From Deltaproteobacteria bacterium (lineage in GTDB: Bacteria > Desulfobacterota > JAFDED01), in the NCBI GenBank assembly GCA_019310535.1, contig JAFDED010000004.1, positions 27,699 to 91,698 of the forward strand: 64,000 nucleotides of DNA, in the 5' to 3' direction. Shown piece after piece: positions 38,745 to 48,458 of the stretch. Numbering within the stretch: the stretch's first letter is position 1; each line of letters begins with the position of its first letter. A program made the translations under genes and the position numbers. The notes below the pieces were generated by a model. That model saw nothing but the letters and a program-made list of their open reading frames with translations. It made no database searches and was not told the origin of the DNA.

Positions 38745-40136
38745 GTGGAAACCGAACAGTTGTTGTCTCACTATGTGGCGGAAACCCCCTATGAGGAGAT
38801 ACCATCTGATGTTGTGGAGATGACCAAGCTGTGCATCCTGGATACGGCGGCCTGCGGGCTGGCAGGAAGCACGGCACCCGGAGTGAGAGAGGTCGTTGAA
38901 TTGGCTCAAGAACTGGGCGGAAGGCCGGAAAGCACGATCATGTATTACGGTGGAAAGATCTCATCGCCCTATGCGGCCTTCGCCAACAGCACCATGTGCC
39001 ATGCCCGTGATTTCGACGATACCCACGACCGGGGAGTGATCCATGCGTTTGTCAATGTTATGCCCGCTGTGTTGGCGGCCTCGGAAAGACGGGGCGGCGT
39101 GAGTGGCCGGGAAATCATAGCGGCCTGCGCGCTTGGTGCGGATTTGGCCTGCCGGCTGGCCCTTGCTGTCACGTTTGGGCCGGGATTCGAGAAGACTCAA
39201 CCGGGCTTTCTCCGTACAACCGTGTGCGGTATTTTCGGCGCAGCCGCCGGTGCAGCCCGGGCGCTGGGGCTGGATGCGAATGGCGTACATCATGCTATGG
39301 GAATCGTTTACAGCCAGACCGGCGGGAACAAGCAGTGCGTCACTGACGCATCCCTGGTCAAGCGTATGCAGCCGGCCCTGGCGGCACAGGGGGGAGTTTT
39401 TGCAGCTCTTCTTGCTCAGCGGGGGATTACCGGCGCCGCGGGATTTCTTGAAGGCCTTTATGGGATGTTCAATCTTTATTGGGGGGGCGCTTTTAATCGC
39501 GATGAACTTTTAGGGGATCTGGGCAGACGGTATGAACTGATGAACCTCTCCTTCAAGCCCTATCCCTCCTGTCGCCATTCCCACGGGGCTATCGAGGCCA
39601 TTCTTAAGATTGTGCAGGAGCATCCGCTTAAACCCGACGATGTGGATAGAGTGGTAGTTCATACGTCAAAACATAAGTTTTATGACAACGTCAGCCGGCC
39701 CTTTGCTGTGCGCGGCAATCCTCAGGTGGACGCGCAGTTCAGCATTCCTTACGCCGTCGGCGCGGCTCTGCTGAGGAAGGATGTATTCCTTGATGTCTTC
39801 GAGGAGCCTGTGGTTCGAAGTCCGGAGTTCCAGCAGATGGCTGCAAAAGTTGAAGTGGTCGCGGATCACGAAATCGTTCCAGGCTCTCTTGGCCCTGTAA
39901 CAGTCGAGGTGTTTACCCGCCACAACCGGCGCTACACGTCCCGTGTCGATGAATTCAAAGGCCATCCTGAGAATCCCATGAGCCGGGAAGAAATCCTGGA
40001 CAAGTTTCAGAAGTGCTCAACTGCTGCCTTCTGTGAGTATAGCGCACAGCGGGTCCGCAATATTGCGGATGGAATCCTTGGGCTTGAAGAACTCCGATCT
40101 GTGGAAGATCTGATGGTCCTTTTGGGTGGGAAATGA
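38745..40136 (+). CDS. MmgE/PrpD-family protein
   Basis: HARDFDDTH, KPYPSCRHSH, AQFSIPY, KGHPENP; GTG start with GGAGG. Confidence 0.9.
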   Translation: METEQLLSHYVAETPYEEIPSDVVEMTKLCILDTAACGLAGSTAPGVREVVELAQELGGRPESTIMYYGGKISSPYAAFANSTMCHARDFDDTHDRGVIHAFVNVMPAVLAASERRGGVSGREIIAACALGADLACRLALAVTFGPGFEKTQPGFLRTTVCGIFGAAAGAARALGLDANGVHHAMGIVYSQTGGNKQCVTDASLVKRMQPALAAQGGVFAALLAQRGITGAAGFLEGLYGMFNLYWGGAFNRDELLGDLGRRYELMNLSFKPYPSCRHSHGAIEAILKIVQEHPLKPDDVDRVVVHTSKHKFYDNVSRPFAVRGNPQVDAQFSIPYAVGAALLRKDVFLDVFEEPVVRSPEFQQMAAKVEVVADHEIVPGSLGPVTVEVFTRHNRRYTSRVDEFKGHPENPMSREEILDKFQKCSTAAFCEYSAQRVRNIADGILGLEELRSVEDLMVLLGGK

Positions 40137-40234
40137 GCAGAAAAACCCAACACTCAGTCTGAAACGGAAAAAAGTGAATCGCAGAAAATGAGCCTGATTC
40201 ATAAGCGTCAGAAAGCCATGGAAGGAGATGCGCC

Positions 40235-41332
40235 GTGATTGAGCTGGAGTTGTTTGACCGTGCCCGGGTTGTTCTTCGCCATTGCGCACTGCTGGAGGCA
40301 GGGGATCAGGTACTGATCCTCAGCGACGGCACACTGAGCCCCAGAATACTCAATGCTTTCGCCACCGCAGCACATGCCGATGGTGCCCGGGCGTGCCGGA
40401 TGACGTATGATCCGCGAACGTATATTCCCATGAAACATTTCTGCACCTTTGCAGGTATGTCACTGGACCCCTCGCCGGCAGAGCCGCCGGCCCCGGTGCG
40501 CGGTTCCCTCCGGGATGCGGATGTCATCGTCCTGTTGACCTCCGACCTGACACTCTACTTTTCCCGGGCCCTTAAAGAGGCCCTGGCCCTGAGCAAGCGG
40601 ATGGTCTCCTCCATATATATCACAGAGGAGAATCTGCTCCGTCTGTTCCCCGAGTCGGAGCAGGAGGTCATCGAACTTGACGAACTGACCCATGCTGTCG
40701 GCTCAGCGTGCGAGGCGGGAGGAAATGTTCGTTTCACATCGCCTGCCGGGACGGACTTCGAGTGTACGCTGGGCCAGTATGGCCTGAAGTGCAGCGGTGG
40801 AAGGATACGGAAAGCAACCCCTGGCGCGGTTACACGCTTCCTGCCCGAGTTCATACCCGGTGGCCAGGTGACTCGTGTTCCCGACGACGGGTCGGCGCAT
40901 GGGCGCATCGTCCTTAACAGAAGCATTGCCGCACGGGAATACCGTGAGCTGACCGAGCCGATCTATCTCGATGTCGAAAAGGGGTATGTACGGGAAATCT
41001 CGGGGGGTTGGGAAGCCCGCGACCTGAAAAGGTTTCTGGAAGAAATGGGCGGTGGTGAGATGTACCATATTACTGAAATCGGCCTGGGCACGAACAGGCG
41101 CTGTGTCCGCTGCGGCGTTGCCGCCCCTGCTGAAGATACCCACATGGCGGGCAGCGTCACCTTTGCTCTAGGGTGCGATGTTCACATTGGAGGCTCCACT
41201 CGAGCCCCAGCCCATATCGATTGCACCACCCACCAGGGTAACCTTCACGTGGGGGGAGTGGAAATTGTGCGAGAAGGGAAGATCCTCATAGATGCACCGA
41301 CATCCGCGAATCCATGGAGGGGAAAACGATGA
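40235..41332 (+). CDS. Peptidase M29-fold / NicX-like metalloenzyme
   Basis: TSPAGTDF, ITEIGLGTN, VTFALG...GG...HID pattern. Confidence 0.65.
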   Translation: MIELELFDRARVVLRHCALLEAGDQVLILSDGTLSPRILNAFATAAHADGARACRMTYDPRTYIPMKHFCTFAGMSLDPSPAEPPAPVRGSLRDADVIVLLTSDLTLYFSRALKEALALSKRMVSSIYITEENLLRLFPESEQEVIELDELTHAVGSACEAGGNVRFTSPAGTDFECTLGQYGLKCSGGRIRKATPGAVTRFLPEFIPGGQVTRVPDDGSAHGRIVLNRSIAAREYRELTEPIYLDVEKGYVREISGGWEARDLKRFLEEMGGGEMYHITEIGLGTNRRCVRCGVAAPAEDTHMAGSVTFALGCDVHIGGSTRAPAHIDCTTHQGNLHVGGVEIVREGKILIDAPTSANPWRGKR

Positions 41333-42111
41333 GGCGCAAGAACCCACGAACAAAAAAAACACCCAATGAAGTGAAGTTCAGCGGCGCCGTGGCCCGCGAG
41401 CGCATCAAATCATGGGATTTTTCCAGACCTGCTCCGGAGGTCATAGCGCGATACATGAAGATTGATGATTTGACGTCCACCGTCTCCGACATCCTGGACA
41501 GAGAGGGGATACGCGGGGCGATTCCGGGCTCTGTATTACAGCCCATCATCCCGGGAAAGAAAATAGCCGGACCGGCTACGACAGCCCGGCATGGCCCTGA
41601 ACGCAAAGAGGCCACCCGAATGGCGGTGGACAGGGATCGGGTGCGTCTCGGCATGCGCGATGTGCGCGAAGTTGCCCGGCCCGGTGATGTGCTGGTTTAT
41701 GACGGAGGCGGCCAGGCTGACGTTTCCAGCGGCGGCCACCTCGCCGCCCTCTTCTCTAAAGTTAAGGGTTTCGCCGGTTCCATATTCGATTGTGGTGTCC
41801 GCGACGTGGACGCCATCCGAGAGTTAGACTACCCCACCTGGGCCAGGGGAGTGACACCCATCACAGGGAAATATCGCTTCGAAACTCTGGAGATCAACGG
41901 CCCCGTAGTAATTGCCGGAGTGCAGGTTCTACCGGGAGACCTTATACTGGCTGACACCAGCGGTGTAGTAGTGGTACCGCGCGAAAAAATAGAAGACGTC
42001 CTGATCATGGCCGAAGAGGCCGCTACCAAAGAAGATGAGCTCATGAAGGCCATCCGCCGGGGAGCTTCCTTGGAGGAGCTCAACAAGATACTTTCCATGG
42101 AACGATGGTAG
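41329..42111 (+). CDS. RraA / HMG-aldolase family protein
   Basis: VSDILD, IAGPATT, PGDVLV, DCGVRD, PGDLILADTSGVVVVP. Confidence 0.88.
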   Translation: MRRKNPRTKKTPNEVKFSGAVARERIKSWDFSRPAPEVIARYMKIDDLTSTVSDILDREGIRGAIPGSVLQPIIPGKKIAGPATTARHGPERKEATRMAVDRDRVRLGMRDVREVARPGDVLVYDGGGQADVSSGGHLAALFSKVKGFAGSIFDCGVRDVDAIRELDYPTWARGVTPITGKYRFETLEINGPVVIAGVQVLPGDLILADTSGVVVVPREKIEDVLIMAEEAATKEDELMKAIRRGASLEELNKILSMERW

Positions 42112-42205
42112 CGGGCGTTTATTGAGAGGCGGACGGGGTTTATTTCCGCCCGCTCGTAGTTTAAGTCTGCAAGCGATATGGAAAAAATAACCGGGATTAG
42201 CTGCA

Positions 42206-42430
42206 ATGGAGTCAATTGAAAAAACTGATTATAAACGGGTTGAAGTGAGTGTCCGCCATAAATGGTGCAAACAGTGCGGAATCTGCATAGAGTTTTGCCC
42301 CGGAAATGTCTATGACCTGGGTGAGCTTGGTAAACCAGATCCAGTGCGGCCCGAGCTGTGTACGGTTTGTCGCATGTGCGAGATACGCTGCCCCGAGTTT
42401 GCCATCACTGTTGACGTTCAGGAGGAATAG
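42206..42430 (+). CDS. 2-oxoacid:ferredoxin oxidoreductase delta subunit (2x4Fe-4S)
   Basis: CKQCGICIEFCP and CTVCRMCEIRCP. Confidence 0.9.
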   Translation: MESIEKTDYKRVEVSVRHKWCKQCGICIEFCPGNVYDLGELGKPDPVRPELCTVCRMCEIRCPEFAITVDVQEE

Positions 42431-42432
42431 AA

Positions 42433-43563
42433 ATGGAGGATGGCGGAGTAGTCAGGTTCATGGAAGGCAACGAGGCCGTGGTGGAGGGAGCCGTCGCTGC
42501 AGGAGTTCGCTTTTTCGCAGGCTACCCCATAACGCCTGCCACTGAGATCGCGGAGCATATGTCTATCCGAATGCCCCAGGTGGGCGGTACATTCATGCAG
42601 ATGGAAGACGAACTGGCCAGTCTGGCAGCAGTCATCGGGGCCTCAGTGGGCGGGGTGAAGTCCATGGATGCCACCAGCGGGCCGGGTATTTCGCTGAAGA
42701 ACGAGAATATCGGCTTTGCCGTGGCAGCAGAGATACCCTGTGTCATCATCAATGTGCAGCGCACAGGTCCGGGGATCGGCTCTGTAACCATGGCCCAGCA
42801 GGATTTAATGCAGGCACGGTGGGGGTCCCATGGTGATTATACCGTCATTGCTCTGGCTCCTGCCTCAGTGCAGGAATGTTACGATCTGACCATTCGGGCC
42901 GTGAACCTCTCCGAGCGGTTTCGAACCCCGGTGATCCTGCTGCTGGACACCTTTCTGGGCCACTTGAGCGAGCGGGTGGTCCTGGAAACACCGAAAGAAA
43001 TCATCGATCGGCCAAGACCTACGGTGCCTCCTGAAAAGTACTTGACGTTTGATGCGGAAGGGGATGAGATTCCGCGCATGGCAGATTTCGGCGGGCCGTA
43101 CAGGTCAAAAATTATCGGTAACATGCACAACAAGGCAGGGGGATACACCCGGAGCCCGGAGATATTCGAGGCCCTGATCCGTCGATGGCAAGGTAAGGTC
43201 TTGGCGCGCAGAAACGAATACACTGATGTGGAGCGATTTATGATTGAGGATGCACGGGTTGCCGTGATCACCTGGGGCACAACCGCGCGCTCGGCAAAGC
43301 GGGCTATCCGCATTGCCCGTGAAGAGGGAATCCCTGTGGGACTGTTCCGGCCGCGAACGGTTTGGCCCTTCCCTGGCCGGGAAGTAGAGGATCTTTCCGG
43401 GCGGGTCGGCCAGATCGTGGTGCCGGAGATGAACCTGGGGCAGATGTACATCGAGGTGGATCGCTGGAGCCGAGGCCGATGTGGGGTTCACCCTGTGAAT
43501 CAAGTGGATGGACAGGCAATACTGCCTGCTCGGATTCTGGAAAAGATCAAGGAGGTGGCTTAA
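42433..43563 (+). CDS. 2-oxoacid:ferredoxin oxidoreductase alpha subunit
   Basis: GNEA, FFAGYPITPATE, QMEDE, ATSGPG, PEMNLGQ. Confidence 0.93.
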   Translation: MEDGGVVRFMEGNEAVVEGAVAAGVRFFAGYPITPATEIAEHMSIRMPQVGGTFMQMEDELASLAAVIGASVGGVKSMDATSGPGISLKNENIGFAVAAEIPCVIINVQRTGPGIGSVTMAQQDLMQARWGSHGDYTVIALAPASVQECYDLTIRAVNLSERFRTPVILLLDTFLGHLSERVVLETPKEIIDRPRPTVPPEKYLTFDAEGDEIPRMADFGGPYRSKIIGNMHNKAGGYTRSPEIFEALIRRWQGKVLARRNEYTDVERFMIEDARVAVITWGTTARSAKRAIRIAREEGIPVGLFRPRTVWPFPGREVEDLSGRVGQIVVPEMNLGQMYIEVDRWSRGRCGVHPVNQVDGQAILPARILEKIKEVA

Positions 43564-44414
43564 TGGCAAAGCTTAAGCCACATAGGGAGTTGCTCGGGAA
43601 GTATTTTACCCAGGAGGATTTGCCCACGGCATGGTGTCCCGGGTGTGGGTGCGGCATCGTGGCGCAGGCGCTGATCCGTGCCATGGATGCGACGGGAATC
43701 CACCCGGACAAATTTGCTTTTATCACCGGCATCGGTTGCAACGGGTTCATTCCACGCTATCTGCTTTTTAACGAACTTCACGTCCTTCACGGCCGCGCGC
43801 CCGGCTACGGCACGGGGCTGAAAATGGCCCGTCCCGACCTTTCCGTCATTCTTGTTCAGGGAGACGGTGATCTGGCGGCCATAGGGGGAAATCACTTCAT
43901 TCATGTTGCCAGGCGTAACATCGACCTGACGGCCATCGTCTCCAACAACTTCATTTATGGCCGGACAGGCGGCCAATTCGGACCCACAACAGCTTATGGC
44001 GACCACGCAACCACAGCGCCATTCGGTCTGCCCGAACGTCCTTTCGACCTGTGCAGGCTCGCGGAGTCTGCCGGTGCCACATTCGTGGCGCGGGGAACGG
44101 TCTATCATGTCATCCCCCTGATCAATATGATTGAAAAGGCGATCCTTCACAAGGGCTTTTCCATGGTGGAGGTTATCACTCCGTGCCCTACCAATTACGG
44201 ACGGCGCAACCCGGAGAAAACCGGTTCTACCGGCCCCGAGATGCTCAAGTGGATCAGGGATAATACCGTTTCTCTGTCCAGGGCCCGACAGATGAGCCCT
44301 GGTGAGTTGGAGGGGAAAATCATCTCCGGTATTTTTGTCGAGCGCGGTGATCCCGAGTATACAGATGAGTATGAGAAGATTCGGGAAAAAGCCCGGTCAC
44401 TTGTATCTCGGTAA
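43563..44414 (+). CDS. 2-oxoacid:ferredoxin oxidoreductase beta subunit (TPP-binding)
   Basis: WCPGCG, GIGC, HGR, GDGD...NN; start ATG 43563 overlaps the alpha stop codon. Confidence 0.93.
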   Translation: MAKLKPHRELLGKYFTQEDLPTAWCPGCGCGIVAQALIRAMDATGIHPDKFAFITGIGCNGFIPRYLLFNELHVLHGRAPGYGTGLKMARPDLSVILVQGDGDLAAIGGNHFIHVARRNIDLTAIVSNNFIYGRTGGQFGPTTAYGDHATTAPFGLPERPFDLCRLAESAGATFVARGTVYHVIPLINMIEKAILHKGFSMVEVITPCPTNYGRRNPEKTGSTGPEMLKWIRDNTVSLSRARQMSPGELEGKIISGIFVERGDPEYTDEYEKIREKARSLVSR

Positions 44415-44466
44415 GGGGAAAAAATAAGCACGGCTGTTAAATAAGGTCAAAAAAGGAGAATGCGGA

Positions 44467-45021
44467 ATGATTCGGGAGATACGTTTCGCCGGGTCGGGTG
44501 GACAGGGAATACTGTTGGCAGGTAATGTGCTTGCGGAATCCGCTGCAGTATATGAGGGCCGCAATGTGGCCCGGAACACCGCGTATGGGGGGCAGGTGAG
44601 GGGAGGAGCCAGCCGCTGCGAAGTGCTCATGGCTGACAATGACGAAGAGATAGATTTTCCTCAGGTTCTCTGTGCTGATGTGCTTGTTGCAATGAGTCCT
44701 GAGGCCGTGAAGGAATTTGCGCGCGAGGTCAAGGACGAGGGGCTTATCTTACTGGACGCCAGCCTGACGGGGGAAATGCCGGATGTGAGGGCCCGTGTGG
44801 TCGCCATTCCAGCCACAAAAATCGCTGACGAGGAGTTAGGACAAGTCCACGTTGCCAACATGGTCATTCTGGGTGCACTCCTGAGTCTGACCCATCTGGT
44901 GCCGCTGGAGAGTGCGGAAAAGGCCCTGATTGGCAAAGTACCCCCCCATACAGTGGAGCTTAACCTGAAGGCCTTCCGCCGGGGAGTCAAGGCCGCCCGG
45001 CAATTCGAGAGCGCTGCGTAA
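44467..45021 (+). CDS. 2-oxoacid:ferredoxin oxidoreductase gamma subunit
   Basis: IRFAGSGGQG, YGGQVRGG, ANMVILGA, NLKAF. Confidence 0.92.
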   Translation: MIREIRFAGSGGQGILLAGNVLAESAAVYEGRNVARNTAYGGQVRGGASRCEVLMADNDEEIDFPQVLCADVLVAMSPEAVKEFAREVKDEGLILLDASLTGEMPDVRARVVAIPATKIADEELGQVHVANMVILGALLSLTHLVPLESAEKALIGKVPPHTVELNLKAFRRGVKAARQFESAA

Positions 45022-45033
45022 AGAGGTTAATCA

Positions 45034-46359
45034 ATGCCCGAACAGCCCCATGGTTCATGGAGAGACCATTATCGCTCCATACTTGCCGATCCCCAAGAGG
45101 CGGTGCGGCATGTGCAATCCGGACAGCGAATCTTCATGGAGACCAACTGTGCCGAGCCTTTATCTCTCATTGAAGCCATGATGGCGCGGCGGGGAAAACT
45201 CGAACAAGTGGAGATAGTCCAGGGCTTTTATCGCGACAAAGTTTGTCCTTACGCACAACCGGGAATGGAGGCCCATTTTCGGATCACCGCCTTCCACGTT
45301 GGGCCGGCGGTCATGCCTGCGCTGCGAGCGGGTTTCTGTGACTACATACCGGTGCACCTTTCGGAGATTCCCCGTTTGTGTGAGCCATCCGGTCCTTTGC
45401 CTATAGACGTTGCGCTGGTTCAACTCTCACCCCCGGACGATGAAGGTTATTGCAGCTTCGGCATAGCGGTAAACTTCACGAAGCCTATCGTGGAGAATGC
45501 CCGGTGTATCGTCGCGGAAATCAACGACTGCATGCCCTACGTGTTTGGAGATACTACCATACACGTGTCCCGGCTTGCAGCTGCGGTGGAGGTTTCGCGG
45601 CCTCTGGTGGAACTTCCTCCCGCCAACATAAATGATGAGGCAAAAGCTATCGCCGAGCAGATAGCTCCCCTCATCCCTCACGGGGCAACCCTTCAGATCG
45701 GAATCGGTTCGGTACCGGATGCAGTGCTGGCCCTGCTGAGAGATCATCATGACCTGGGCATCCATTCAGGACAGATCGGCGATACGGTGGTGGAAATGAT
45801 CCAGGCGGGAGTCATCACCAATGCCCGTAAATCCTTTGACAAGGGTGTAACTGTCTCATGTATGGCCATGGGGACCAATGATGGGGTTTATCGCTTCATT
45901 CACCGAAACACGGCGGTGGCTTTTCACCCCGTGGCCTACACGCATGACCCGTGCATTGTCGGACGAATCGACAATTTTATCACCCTGGCATCGGCGGTTG
46001 AGATTGATTTAACCGGTCAGGTAAACGCAGAAATGGTACGGGGTGAGCAAATCAGCGGTCTGGGAGGGTCCCAGGACTACTTGCGGGCGTCATCCCGCTC
46101 GTCGGGAGGGAAGGCCATCCTGGCGATGACCTCCACGGCTGGCCGGGGGAAGTTCTCACGCATTGTCCCGAGTCTTCCTCATGGTGTATCGGTATCTTCG
46201 CCGCGTGGGGACGTCCATTATGTGGTCACCGAGTACGGCATCGTAAATCTCCGGGGCCGAACGTTAGGCCAGCGGGCACGAGCCCTGGTGGAGATCGCCC
46301 ACCCGCGTTTCCGCGATGAATTGCGGGGCGCGATCATGGAGATGAAGCTTGGATGCTGA
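45034..46359 (+). CDS. Acetyl-CoA hydrolase/transferase (4-hydroxybutyrate CoA-transferase-like)
   Basis: SPPDDEGYCSFG, TLQIGIG, EIDLTGQV, SGLGGSQD, VVTEYG, IAHPRFR. Confidence 0.9.
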   Translation: MPEQPHGSWRDHYRSILADPQEAVRHVQSGQRIFMETNCAEPLSLIEAMMARRGKLEQVEIVQGFYRDKVCPYAQPGMEAHFRITAFHVGPAVMPALRAGFCDYIPVHLSEIPRLCEPSGPLPIDVALVQLSPPDDEGYCSFGIAVNFTKPIVENARCIVAEINDCMPYVFGDTTIHVSRLAAAVEVSRPLVELPPANINDEAKAIAEQIAPLIPHGATLQIGIGSVPDAVLALLRDHHDLGIHSGQIGDTVVEMIQAGVITNARKSFDKGVTVSCMAMGTNDGVYRFIHRNTAVAFHPVAYTHDPCIVGRIDNFITLASAVEIDLTGQVNAEMVRGEQISGLGGSQDYLRASSRSSGGKAILAMTSTAGRGKFSRIVPSLPHGVSVSSPRGDVHYVVTEYGIVNLRGRTLGQRARALVEIAHPRFRDELRGAIMEMKLGC

Positions 46360-46508
46360 AACTCCTGACAAACCATCAGGGGATATCGAACAAGCTTCCT
46401 CAAATATTTTTCTTGACAAGCTTCATACTGATATGTCATATAATAATTGGAAATAATATCAATTAATAGGATTTGATAGAGATGGCGTCTCCCACAAACC
46501 GTATCCCG

Positions 46509-46592
46509 ATGAAACATGAGAGAGTCGAGTCAGTACTATTGGTAGTATTGGTACGGTACCCATACGGGATGGCTGAGGCAGGGGACCCATGA
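46509..46592 (+). CDS. ilv leader peptide (MKHERVESVLLVVLVRYPYGMAEAGDP)
   Basis: Seven consecutive Val/Leu codons (GTA CTA TTG GTA GTA TTG GTA, 46533-46553) just upstream of ilvB; an in-frame upstream ATG at 46482 is an alternative start. Confidence 0.8.
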   Translation: MKHERVESVLLVVLVRYPYGMAEAGDP

Positions 46593-46623
46593 GCCGATAA
46601 TTTCCCATCAATAGTTATTCAGC

Positions 46624-46662
46624 CCGCCATCCAGCGACCAGCAGGATGGCGGTTTTGCTTTT
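46624..46662 (+). terminator. Attenuator terminator hairpin upstream of ilvB
   Basis: CCGCCATCC (46624-46632) / GGATGGCGG (46644-46652) perfect 9-bp stem followed by TTTTGCTTTT. Confidence 0.85.
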
Positions 46663-46784
46663 ACGGGTAATTTCTTTGGCGGGAGGATTGATAGGTTTCA
46701 TGTCAAAGAGGGGGCCGCTTATATAAGGTGCATTTCTCTGTGCATACCTCAGGGCCTTTTCAAGTTGACTAAGGGAGGTAAAGG

Positions 46785-48458
46785 TTGAGCGCGGCTAAAA
46801 AAGAAAAAATATCAAGTGCGCGTGCAGCAATTCGTGTCCTTGAAAGCGAAGGGGTGGAAGTTGTTTTCGGTTATCCGGGTGGTGCTATTTTGCCGTTTTA
46901 CGATGAGTTGAGGACATCATCCATTCGCCACATCATGGTGCGCCACGAGCAAGGCGCCGCGCACATGGCCGACGGGTACGCGCGGAGTACCGGCGGAGTG
47001 GGGGTTTGCGTCGCCACCAGCGGGCCGGGCGCAACCAATCTGGTAACGGGCATTGCCACGGCGTACATGGACTCTTCATCTGTAATAGCCATTACTGGAC
47101 AGGTGTCGCGAAATTTAATCGGCAACGATGCCTTCCAGGAAGTTGACATCACGGGCATCACCATACCCGTTACCAAACATAACTACCTCGTATCCGATGC
47201 TCGAGATATCCCGCGCGTCTTCCGGGAGGCGTTTCATCTGGCCCGCACCGGACGGAAGGGCCCGGTACTGGTGGACATTCCAAAGGATGTGCTGCTTGAG
47301 CAAATAGCTTTTCAGGAGCCTGGCACAATTAACATGGAGGGGTATCGGCCCAATATTCAGGGCCATAAGCGGCAGATCCTGAAGGCGGCGGAAGCTATCC
47401 GATGCGCAAAACAGCCCGTGATCATTGCGGGAGGCGGAGTCTTATCGGTTGAAGCTTCCGATGAGTTGCTGGCAATTGCGGAGAAGGCCGGCATCCCGGT
47501 GGCCACCACGCTCATGGGGAAAGGTGCATTCCCGGGGGAACATCCGCTGAGCCTTGGGATGACAGGCTATCATGGTACTCGATACGCCAATTACGCGGTC
47601 CAGAATGCCGACCTGATCCTGGCCCTTGGAGTCCGTTTTGGAGATCGCACCACCGGCCCTCTGAATACCTTTGCACAGCATGCCCGTATTATACACGTAG
47701 ACATAGACCCTGCAGAGATCGGCAAGAATATCAGACCGTCCATCCCCATCCAGGGGGATATTAAGCAGATTCTGACACAACTGCTTGAAGGGGTCTCTCC
47801 GGGAAATTACGACGAATGGCGCCGTCGCATTGATCAATGGAAGGCTGAACACCCGCTGTGTTACAACGGCGGCAATGATAAGCTGCGTACTCCGTACATT
47901 ATAGAGGAACTCCAACGGATGGCAGGAGACTGGATCGTGGTGACCGAAGTGGGTCGCCACCAAATCTGGGCCTCCCATTATTTCCGCAAGGCGGCCCCCC
48001 GGCGGTTTATAACATCCGGCGGATTGGGCACCATGGGATTCGGCCTGCCCGCCGCCATCGGCGCCGCAGTTGGAAATCCTGGGAAAACAGTGGTCAACAT
48101 CGCTGGCGACGGTAGTTTCATGATGACCTGCCAGCAGTTGATGGTCGCCTCTGAACTGGAACTCCCGGTGGTGACGCTCATTATGGACGACCGATGCCTG
48201 GGCATGATTCGTCAGCTCCAGGAAGTTTTTTATGATGGACGGGTCTATTCTGCCGAGCTGCCGGGTTGCGTGGATTTTGTTCAATTGGCTTCAGCCATGG
48301 GGGCTCGAGCGATCAAGGTGGAACGGCGAGATGAAGTGGTTCCCGCGTTGAAGAAGGCTTTCAGCGGACGGGGACCCTGTGTGGTTGATTTCTCGGTGAC
48401 AGCGGATGAGTTGGTTCTCCCCATGGTCAAGGGGAACTCACTGGAGGAGTTTATCTGA
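46785..48458 (+). CDS. ilvB: Acetolactate synthase large subunit
   Basis: VFGYPGGA, RHEQGAAHMADGYAR, TSGPGATN, DAFQE, SGGLGTMGFG, GDGSF; TTG start with GGAGG. Confidence 0.95.
   Translation: MSAAKKEKISSARAAIRVLESEGVEVVFGYPGGAILPFYDELRTSSIRHIMVRHEQGAAHMADGYARSTGGVGVCVATSGPGATNLVTGIATAYMDSSSVIAITGQVSRNLIGNDAFQEVDITGITIPVTKHNYLVSDARDIPRVFREAFHLARTGRKGPVLVDIPKDVLLEQIAFQEPGTINMEGYRPNIQGHKRQILKAAEAIRCAKQPVIIAGGGVLSVEASDELLAIAEKAGIPVATTLMGKGAFPGEHPLSLGMTGYHGTRYANYAVQNADLILALGVRFGDRTTGPLNTFAQHARIIHVDIDPAEIGKNIRPSIPIQGDIKQILTQLLEGVSPGNYDEWRRRIDQWKAEHPLCYNGGNDKLRTPYIIEELQRMAGDWIVVTEVGRHQIWASHYFRKAAPRRFITSGGLGTMGFGLPAAIGAAVGNPGKTVVNIAGDGSFMMTCQQLMVASELELPVVTLIMDDRCLGMIRQLQEVFYDGRVYSAELPGCVDFVQLASAMGARAIKVERRDEVVPALKKAFSGRGPCVVDFSVTADELVLPMVKGNSLEEFI

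Noticed and set aside
46413-46444. TTGACA and TATAAT upstream of the ilv leader
   Set aside because: The spacer is 20 bp, too long for a canonical sigma70 pair; a promoter is likely nearby but cannot be placed.
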